Source of the DNA: an uncultured Anaerolineales bacterium
Lineage (GTDB): Bacteria > Chloroflexota > Anaerolineae > B4-G1
NCBI GenBank assembly: GCA_964649415.1
Contig: CAZYSK010000024.1
Location: 4,711 to 68,710, forward strand
DNA: 64,000 nt
Direction of reading: 5' to 3'
This document shows positions 35,172-42,118 of this stretch, piece by piece. The notes beneath the pieces were generated by a model, which saw nothing but the letters and a program-made list of their open reading frames with translations, ran no database searches and was not told the DNA's origin. Numbering within the stretch: position 1 is the first letter of the stretch; each line of letters starts with the position of its first letter. Made by a program: the position numbers and the translations under genes.

Positions 35172-36126
35172 ACGCGCAGTGGAGATCGTGCGGCGGATGA
35201 TCGCCGACGCGGAGGGATTGGGGTTGGCGGTGACGCGACTGCCGAACGGGACCACGGTGATCGATGCCGGTGTGCGGGTGCCCGGCTCGTTGGAGGCGGG
35301 ACGGCTGTTTGCTGAAGTATGCCTGGGGGGACTTGGCCAGGTTGGTTTCGCTGAGCTCGATTTCGACGACATGTGGCTGCCGGGAGTTTCCGTCTCGGTG
35401 AGCCACCCAGCGGTGGCGTGCATGGCGTCGCAGTATGCGGGGTGGTCGCTCGAGGCCAAGACCGAGAAGGGAAAGTACTTCGCGATGGGCTCCGGTCCAG
35501 CGCGGGCGCTTTACGCCGGGGAGCCGATCTTCGAGCGGCTGGTGATCCGGGACGAAGCCGATGTGGCAGTCCTGGCACTGGAGGGGCACGAGTTGCCGCC
35601 GGAGGTGGCAGCGGACAAGGTGGCCGAGAAGTGCGGGGTCTCTCCCGATGCGCTCTATCTTCTGGTTGCGCCTACCGCCAGCGTGGTGGGCTCGGTGCAG
35701 ATCGCTGCGCGTGTGGTGGAGACTGGGTTGCACAAGATGTTGGAGGTGTGCGACGGGGAAGACCTTGACATCGCTACGGTGGTGTCTGGCTTCGGCACCT
35801 GTCCCCTAGCGCCCGTCGCGGACGACGACCTGCGGGCCATCGGGCGCACCAACGACGCCGTGCTCTACGCTGGTCGGGCATGGTACACGATGAAGGCGGA
35901 CGACGCGCAGATCGAGGAGATGATTGACTGTTTACCCTCGTCGGCGTCACGGGACTACGGAACCTCCTTCTATGAGCTCTATCAGCGCTACAACGGTGAT
36001 TTCTACAAGATTGACCCGCTGCTCTTCAGTCCGGCCGAGGTGTTTATCAACAACCTGGGCAGTGGCCGCACGTTCCACGCCGGGCGCGTCAACGGCCGAA
36101 TGCTAAGGAAGGTGCTTCTGGAGTGA
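35155..36126 (+). CDS. mch: Methenyltetrahydromethanopterin cyclohydrolase
   Basis: 323 aa. Near-collinear with Methylobacterium/archaeal Mch: RMIADAE, LACMASQYAGW, FAMGSGPARA, GSVQIAARVVE, GRTNDA..YGG, SSASRDYG.F.E....YNGDFY.ID..LFSPAEV. Confidence 0.92.
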   Translation: MIGVNERAVEIVRRMIADAEGLGLAVTRLPNGTTVIDAGVRVPGSLEAGRLFAEVCLGGLGQVGFAELDFDDMWLPGVSVSVSHPAVACMASQYAGWSLEAKTEKGKYFAMGSGPARALYAGEPIFERLVIRDEADVAVLALEGHELPPEVAADKVAEKCGVSPDALYLLVAPTASVVGSVQIAARVVETGLHKMLEVCDGEDLDIATVVSGFGTCPLAPVADDDLRAIGRTNDAVLYAGRAWYTMKADDAQIEEMIDCLPSSASRDYGTSFYELYQRYNGDFYKIDPLLFSPAEVFINNLGSGRTFHAGRVNGRMLRKVLLE

Positions 36127-37043
36127 GAATCGGCATTCTTGGGCAGCGGGGGGGCTGGCACGTGCGTGCCCTGCAGCAGGCATTCGCTCGACGGGGCATC
36201 ACCGCCCCCTCGTTTTCTATTACGTGGCTGAAGGCGCGCCTGTCGGCGCGCCCATGGCTGACGGCCCCGGCCGATCAGGCCGACGCGGATGCGGGCATCC
36301 GCCTTCGGGATCTTGACGGAGCAGCACTGGAAAGCTACGACGTCTTGTTCGTGCGCGCGATCCCTGGGGGCTCCTTGGAGCAGATCATCTTCCGCGTGGA
36401 CGCGCTCCATCGCCTGGAAAACGCCGGCGTACGCATCGTCAACTCACCGGCGGCCATTGAGCGCACGGTGGACAAGTACTACACGTCGACGCTCCTGGAG
36501 GATGCGGGTCTGCCCACACCGCGCACAGTGGTCACCGAACGGTTCGCCGATGCGATGGCAGCGTTCCACGAGCTGGGGGGCGACGTTGTGGTCAAGCCCA
36601 TCTTTGGCTCGGAGGGACGGGGCATCGTGCGCGTCTTGGATCCGGACACGGCCTATCGGGTCTTCCGAGCGTTGGAACTGGGCCGCTACGTGTATTATCT
36701 TCAGGAGTTCGTGCCCCACGGCTGCCAGGACGTGCGTGTCTTTGTCGTCGGCCAGGAGGTGGTGGCCGCGATGACGCGCCGGGGAGAGACGTGGAAGACG
36801 AACGTGGCGCAGGGTGCTAAAGGCGAGCCGCTGGCGATCGACGACGAGCTGCGCGCGATGGCCCTCCAGGCAACCCGTGCATTGGGGGCCGATTACGCGG
36901 GCGTGGACATTCTCCCGCTTTCGGGCGGAGGCTATAGTGTGATCGAGGTCAACGGCATCCCCGGTTGGCGCGGTCTTCGGGCTGCGACCGGGGTGGATGC
37001 TGCTGACTGCCTGGTAGAATACGTTCTGGGAGAAGCGCGATGA
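36123..37043 (+). CDS. mptN: RimK-family ATP-grasp ligase, MptN-like (tetrahydromethanopterin:alpha-L-glutamate ligase by context)
   Basis: 306 aa. DKYYTSTLLEDAGLPTP, VVVKPIFGSEGRGI, YLQEFV, DVRVFVVG, GVDILP, VIEVNGIPGWRG. GTG 36123 overlaps the mch stop. Confidence 0.65.
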   Translation: MRIGILGQRGGWHVRALQQAFARRGITAPSFSITWLKARLSARPWLTAPADQADADAGIRLRDLDGAALESYDVLFVRAIPGGSLEQIIFRVDALHRLENAGVRIVNSPAAIERTVDKYYTSTLLEDAGLPTPRTVVTERFADAMAAFHELGGDVVVKPIFGSEGRGIVRVLDPDTAYRVFRALELGRYVYYLQEFVPHGCQDVRVFVVGQEVVAAMTRRGETWKTNVAQGAKGEPLAIDDELRAMALQATRALGADYAGVDILPLSGGGYSVIEVNGIPGWRGLRAATGVDAADCLVEYVLGEAR

Positions 37044-37927
37044 CACCTCTAGGACTGGACAAGATCGCATGGGCTGTCCACATTGCATGCCTGTTCGAGG
37101 TATGTGCCGACAAGCCGGGCAACGTGACCTGGGGCAAGGATTTCTGGGACACGCGCTTTGTCGACTTCCTGGCCAGTGCTATCGCCATTGGGCCTGCCCT
37201 GCGGGACGCGACTCACACCTCCGTTGGCCAGACCATCCTGCGGGCGGTGAACGACACCCACCAATTCGTGAGCACTAATACCAACCTGGGGATGGTCCTT
37301 CTGCTGGCTCCGTTGGCAAAGGCGGCCGGGCGGGGTCATCCCAATGGACTGCGGCTGGCTGTGAGCGAGGTATTGGAGGCGTTGACCGTGGAGGATGCCC
37401 GCTTGACGTTCGAGGCGATCCGCCTTGCCGCTCCGGGGGGCCTGGGCAGCGATGGTCGCTACGACGTGCACAGGGCAGACGTGGACGTGACGCTCAGAGA
37501 AGCTATGCGGGTGGCTCAGGATCGAGATACCGTGGCGCGGGAGTACGTGACGGACTTCGAAGTGACTTTCGAGCTTGGATACGCGACGCTCCGCCGCTTG
37601 TGGGCAGAGGGCCGCGGATTCTCAGAGTCCATTGTCCAGACTTCCCTCACTATCCTGTCGCAGATGCCGGATACGCTGATCGCGCGCAAGGAAGGAATGG
37701 ACGTTGCTTTGGACGTATCGCGGCGCGCCGGTGTCGTGTTACAGCACGGAGGGGCTTTCTCCGAGCAGGGCCGGGCGGCGTTGCGGGCATTCGATCTGTC
37801 GATCCGGGATGACAAACATCGTCTGAATCCGGGCACCACGGCGGACTTGATCGCAGCTTCGCTCTTCGTCTTCCTGACGGAGGGGGGCGCGTTCGAGGAC
37901 TTCCCGGAGTTGCTTGCACGTTGGTGA
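37040..37927 (+). CDS. Triphosphoribosyl-dephospho-CoA synthase (CitG/MdcB)-family protein ('Orf7' of C1 clusters)
   Basis: 295 aa. EVCADKPGNV, TNTNLGMVLLLAPL, DTLIARK, NPGTTADLIAASLF. ATGA overlap with mptN. Confidence 0.7.
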   Translation: MTPLGLDKIAWAVHIACLFEVCADKPGNVTWGKDFWDTRFVDFLASAIAIGPALRDATHTSVGQTILRAVNDTHQFVSTNTNLGMVLLLAPLAKAAGRGHPNGLRLAVSEVLEALTVEDARLTFEAIRLAAPGGLGSDGRYDVHRADVDVTLREAMRVAQDRDTVAREYVTDFEVTFELGYATLRRLWAEGRGFSESIVQTSLTILSQMPDTLIARKEGMDVALDVSRRAGVVLQHGGAFSEQGRAALRAFDLSIRDDKHRLNPGTTADLIAASLFVFLTEGGAFEDFPELLARW

Positions 37928-38003
37928 GGCAGTCGGCAAAGCAGCAAATCGGCAGAGGGGAGATTGTTTGACACGGTCGCGAGGTGCGGGAGGAACATCG
38001 GGT

Positions 38004-39095
38004 ATGGACCGCCGGCATCCTGCCGGCATGACTCGGGCGCACGATACGGGTCCGCAAGGCCCGCGCTTGCTGTGCGAAGGGTTCGCGGTGTTGACGGCAG
38101 ATGGCCTGATCTTCACGGTCAAGGGGTTGGTTCATCCCCCTGAGCGGGTGATCGCGTATCTGCGGTATCTCCCCGATCCAGAGGGCGGTCGGGAGCGCCT
38201 GGGCGTGCGCTACCGGCGCGTCTACCACTTCGAGGAGCAATTGGAAGTGCTCCAGAATCGCTTCCCGCACTATCTGTGGGACGATGAGGTGTTCGGGGTG
38301 CGTTTGCAGAGCGTGCCTCGGCGTTTTGTCCGGGAGGCATTCGATCCCTGCCTCTGCCTGGCTGATCTCCGTGACCGGGGTCCGGCCGACCTGGTCGAGG
38401 AACACGCCCTGGGTCTGTCGGAGCTGCTGAGAGACGTGGCCGGTGTGCCCGGCGAGGATCTGGGTGTCTCGGGGTCGGTGATGGTGGGCACGCACACAGA
38501 GAACTCGGACATTGACCTCCTCGTATATGGTGACGCGTCGGGGCGGGCCGTCCACCGAGCGCTTCAGCGTCTGTTGGATGAGCCGGGGAGGCCCGTGCGT
38601 CGCCTTGACGGGCAGGAGATGGCCGCACTGCACGCCGAGCATCGGCCGGACACCCCACTGTCTTTCGAGGATTTCTCCCGGCTTCAGAATCGCAAGGTCA
38701 ACGAGGGGCGCTATCGGGGGCGGGAGTATTTCATCCGCTTCGTGAAGCGACCATCGGAGGTGAGTGAGCGGTATGGGGATCGCCGCTTTGAGGCACTGGG
38801 GCAGGCCACGATTCGGGCGGAGGTGACGGACGCCCGTGATGCGATTTTCACGCCCTGTCGCTACACCGTCGCAAACGCGACGGTTCTGGATGGCCCGCCC
38901 GCGCCCGACTTGCGCGAGGTGGTCTCCTTTCGGGGGCGCTTCAGCGACCAGGTGCGCGTAGGTGAGTGGGCCATCGCCCGGGGGAGCCTGGAGCGGGTTG
39001 TGGTCGAAGGCGAGCGGGTGTATCATCACCTGGTCGTCGGTGGACAGGCGGGCGACTACGTGCGCCCTGAGCGCGTGACGTCCCCCGTTCAGTAG
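38004..39095 (+). CDS. Pol-beta-superfamily nucleotidyltransferase-like protein with C-terminal OB-like domain (paralog 1)
   Basis: 363 aa from ATG 38004 (GGAGG 10 nt upstream; ORF-track TTG 37914 is an alternative). NTase signature LGVSGSVMVGTHTENSDIDLLVYG. Clearly paralogous to 42119-43303 over its full length. Confidence 0.6.
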   Translation: MDRRHPAGMTRAHDTGPQGPRLLCEGFAVLTADGLIFTVKGLVHPPERVIAYLRYLPDPEGGRERLGVRYRRVYHFEEQLEVLQNRFPHYLWDDEVFGVRLQSVPRRFVREAFDPCLCLADLRDRGPADLVEEHALGLSELLRDVAGVPGEDLGVSGSVMVGTHTENSDIDLLVYGDASGRAVHRALQRLLDEPGRPVRRLDGQEMAALHAEHRPDTPLSFEDFSRLQNRKVNEGRYRGREYFIRFVKRPSEVSERYGDRRFEALGQATIRAEVTDARDAIFTPCRYTVANATVLDGPPAPDLREVVSFRGRFSDQVRVGEWAIARGSLERVVVEGERVYHHLVVGGQAGDYVRPERVTSPVQ

Positions 39096-39128
39096 GGGCG
39101 CGGTTTCCGCGCCCGCCGGAGTGCCAGA

Positions 39129-40070
39129 GTGCCGGAGTTGATGGCTTTGGAGTCTGAAGACAGGGAGTTGGATACGAAACGGGCTGCGCTGAGGGAAACG
39201 TTCGCCGATATGGAGCGCGTGCTGGTCGCCTACTCTGGCGGCGTGGACAGCGCGTTTCTGCTGTGGGCTGCCTTGGACGCGCTGGGCCCGGAGCGTGTGC
39301 TGGCCGTGACCGCTTCCTCGCCCATATTCGCCCGCCGGGAGTTGAGGGCAGCCGAGGACTTGGCGCATCGCTTGGGGGCTCCCCATCGTTTCGTGCGCAC
39401 CATGCAACTGGAGGATGCGGACGTTGCGGACATTCAGGTGGGACGCACTTCAGAAAGTGCGTCCCACCTGGTTGATGGTGCGCCCGTGAAATTCGCGACG
39501 AATCCGCCGGAGCGATGCTATCTTTGCAAGCGGGAGATATTCGCCCGGCTGGTGGAGGTGGCCCGCGAGGAGGAAATACCCTGGGTCGTCGAGGGCTCCA
39601 ACCTGGACGACCGTGACGAGTACCGGCCAGGCACCCGGGCAGTGCGTGAGTTGGACGTGCGAAGCCCGTTGGAGGAGGTCGGACTGACCAAGGCGGACAT
39701 CCGGGCTCTCTCCCGGCGCGTGGGCTTGCCGACGTGGAATCAGCCAGCGCAGACCTGTTTGGCCACGCGCTTCCCGCACGGCACGCCGATCACGCGTGAG
39801 CGGCTGGAGCGGGTGGAGGCCGCTGAGGTGGTGTTGAGGGAGATGGGATTCGGCGAGCTGCGGGTGCGGGATCACGTCGACCCTGCGGCGGGTCCTATCG
39901 CCCGCATCGAGGTGCTCCGTGAGGATGTGGCACGGCTGGCGCGACCGGAAGCCGCGGAACGGGTGGTGGCCGCGCTGCGGGGGCTGGGCTACGACTACGT
40001 CACGTTGGACCTGGGGGGCTACCGGCGCGGTGGCCTCAGTGGGCAGGTTGGTGAAGTAGTAGATTGGTAG
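39129..40070 (+). CDS. larE: LarE, ATP-dependent sulfur transferase of nickel-pincer (NPN) cofactor biosynthesis (PP-loop ATP pyrophosphatase)
   Basis: 313 aa. PP-loop VAYSGGVDSAFL, DDRDEYRPG, CLATRFPHG, RVRDH, YVTLDLGGYRRG. There are three Cys: CYLC 39516-39527 and TGT 39756-39758. It carries the family A insert at 39417-39474. Confidence 0.85.
   Translation: MPELMALESEDRELDTKRAALRETFADMERVLVAYSGGVDSAFLLWAALDALGPERVLAVTASSPIFARRELRAAEDLAHRLGAPHRFVRTMQLEDADVADIQVGRTSESASHLVDGAPVKFATNPPERCYLCKREIFARLVEVAREEEIPWVVEGSNLDDRDEYRPGTRAVRELDVRSPLEEVGLTKADIRALSRRVGLPTWNQPAQTCLATRFPHGTPITRERLERVEAAEVVLREMGFGELRVRDHVDPAAGPIARIEVLREDVARLARPEAAERVVAALRGLGYDYVTLDLGGYRRGGLSGQVGEVVDW
39417..39474 (+). repeat. 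Repeat family A copy 2, in-frame in larE
   Basis: Identical to 34449-34506 and in the same reading frame (ADVADIQVGRTSESASHLV). The hairpin is at 39435-39470. Confidence 0.9.
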
Positions 40071-40131
40071 ATTGGTACATTGGTACATTGGTAGATTGGT
40101 AGATTGGTACATTGGTACATTGGTCAATCGG
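40060..40131. repeat. Octanucleotide tandem array [(TAGATTGG)2(TACATTGG)2]x2 + TCAATCGG
   Basis: Nine 8-nt units from 40060 to 40131. The second unit contains the larE stop codon TAG (40068-40070). The array fills the larE-larB spacer. Confidence 0.9.
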
Positions 40132-40143
40132 AGTGTGATATAG

Positions 40144-40887
40144 ATGGAAGTGAAGTGGTTGCGTGAGTTGTTGGAGAACGTACGAGAGGGCGAGACGGAC
40201 ATAGAGGATGCGTTGGCCCGGTTGCGGGGATTCCCCTACGAGGATCTGGGATTCGCCCGGCTGGACAGCCATCGCACCTTGCGCAAGGGTTTCCCCGAGG
40301 TGATATTCTGCCCGGGCAAGACTACCGGGCAGATCGTGCAGATCGTAGAGCGAATCCGGGCGCGGGAGGGGCGGGTGATGGCGGCGCGCGCCGAGCCAGC
40401 GGTGGCAGATGCGGTACAGCAGGCTTTTCCCGACGCGGTCTATCATCCTGCCGCGCGGATGATCGTCGTCGGTGAGCCGGCCCCCCAGCAGGGACGGGGG
40501 ACGGTGCTTGTGGTCAGCGCGGGCACCGCAGACATCCCGGTGGCCGACGAGGCCGTCGTGACGGCTGGGACGATGGGCAGCCCCGTGGAACGGCTGTACG
40601 ACGTCGGCGTGGCGGGCATTCACCGGCTGCTGGGCAACCGTGACCGCCTGTTCGCCGCCAATGTGCTGGTGGTTGTGGCCGGGATGGAGGGAGCGCTGGC
40701 CAGTGTCGTGGCCGGCCTGGTGGACCGGCCTGTTGTGGCTGTCCCCACCAGTGTCGGCTACGGGGCCAGTTTCGGCGGGTTGTCTGCGCTGCTGACGATG
40801 TTGAATAGCTGCTCACCCGGCGTGTGCACGGTCAACATCGACAATGGGTTTGGGGCGGGATACCTGGCTCACTTGATCAATCAGTGA
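40144..40887 (+). CDS. larB: LarB, NPN cofactor biosynthesis carboxylase/hydrolase (PurE-like)
   Basis: 247 aa. N-terminal LD.HR..R.GFPEVIFCPGKT, then a PurE-like core VLVVSAGTADIPVADEA, VVVAGMEGALASVVAG, VVAVPTSVGYG. Confidence 0.85.
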   Translation: MEVKWLRELLENVREGETDIEDALARLRGFPYEDLGFARLDSHRTLRKGFPEVIFCPGKTTGQIVQIVERIRAREGRVMAARAEPAVADAVQQAFPDAVYHPAARMIVVGEPAPQQGRGTVLVVSAGTADIPVADEAVVTAGTMGSPVERLYDVGVAGIHRLLGNRDRLFAANVLVVVAGMEGALASVVAGLVDRPVVAVPTSVGYGASFGGLSALLTMLNSCSPGVCTVNIDNGFGAGYLAHLINQ

Positions 40888-40915
40888 AAGGATTACTCTC
40901 AACGAGGGGTGACAG

Positions 40916-42115
40916 ATGAGGATTGCATATTTCGATTGCTTCTCGGGTATCAGTGGGAACATGGTTCTGGGGGCGCTGGTGGACGCCGGCCTGGACGTCG
41001 AGCGGTTAAGGGCCGAGTTAGCCCGTCTGCCGGTGTCCGGCTACGAACTGGTCGCCGAGCCGGTGCAGAAACGCGGTCTGCGCGGCACGCACGTCAGCGT
41101 TGAGGTGTCGGAGCACGGGGTGGAGCGTCACCTACATGACATTGAGGAGATCATCGGGGGGAGCGATCTGCCCGATGAGGTCAAGCGCACCGGTCTGGCG
41201 ATATTCCGACGATTGGCGGAGGCGGAGGCGGGGGTGCACGGCATGCCGCTGGATCACGTGCACTTCCACGAAGTGGGAGCGGTGGACGCCATCGTGGACG
41301 TGGTGGGGGCAGCAATTGGACTGTGGCTGATGGGCATAGAGCAGGTCTACGCATCGCCGGTGCACGTGGGATGTGGGACGGTGACGTGTGCCCACGGTAC
41401 ACTGCCGGTGCCTGCCCCGGCGACGCAGGAGCTGCTGCGTGGGGTGCCGATCTATGGGCGGGATGTGGAATCGGAACTGGTGACCCCAACGGGAGCGGCC
41501 ATCCTCACGACGCTGGCCGAGGCGTTTGGGAGCGCGCCCCCGATGCGTGTGGAACAGATGGGCTACGGCGCTGGGACCCGCGATCTGCCGCTGCCTAATC
41601 TGCTGCGCGTCTCGATCGGTGAGGTCGAGGCGGCGTTGGAGGAGATGGAGGGGTACGAGGCGGACGTCATCACCGTCATCGAGACCAACATCGACGACAT
41701 GAACCCACAGTTCTACGAGCACGTGATGGCCAAGTTGTTCGATGCGGGGGCGGTTGACGTGTTCCTGACGCCCATCCAGATGAAGGCGGGACGGCCGGGC
41801 GTGCAGTTGAGTGTGCTCGTGGCCCAGGCGCACGTTGCGGCTGCCACGGAGACCCTGTTCGCTGAGACGAGTACCATCGGGGTGCGGATGGCCTCAATGC
41901 GGCGGTGGAAACTGGGGCGCGAGCGCGTGGTGGTGGAGACGCGCTATGGGCCGATTGGCACGAAGGTGGCCCGGCGTGGGGAGGAAGTGGTGAACGCGGC
42001 TCCGGAGTATCGAGAATGCCGCCGCGTCGCCGAGGAGCTTGGCGTGCCGCTGAAGGACGTGTATCAGGCGGCTACGGAGGCTGTCCGCGCCTATGTCCAG
42101 CAGGAGACGGGTTAA
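40916..42115 (+). CDS. larC: LarC, nickel-inserting cyclometallase of NPN biosynthesis (DUF111)
   Basis: 399 aa in a single frame. MRIAYFDCFSGISGNMVLGALVDAG, HFHEVGAVDAIVDVVG, ETNIDDMNPQ, PIQMKAGRPG. Confidence 0.88.
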   Translation: MRIAYFDCFSGISGNMVLGALVDAGLDVERLRAELARLPVSGYELVAEPVQKRGLRGTHVSVEVSEHGVERHLHDIEEIIGGSDLPDEVKRTGLAIFRRLAEAEAGVHGMPLDHVHFHEVGAVDAIVDVVGAAIGLWLMGIEQVYASPVHVGCGTVTCAHGTLPVPAPATQELLRGVPIYGRDVESELVTPTGAAILTTLAEAFGSAPPMRVEQMGYGAGTRDLPLPNLLRVSIGEVEAALEEMEGYEADVITVIETNIDDMNPQFYEHVMAKLFDAGAVDVFLTPIQMKAGRPGVQLSVLVAQAHVAAATETLFAETSTIGVRMASMRRWKLGRERVVVETRYGPIGTKVARRGEEVVNAAPEYRECRRVAEELGVPLKDVYQAATEAVRAYVQQETG

Positions 42116-42118
42116 GCC

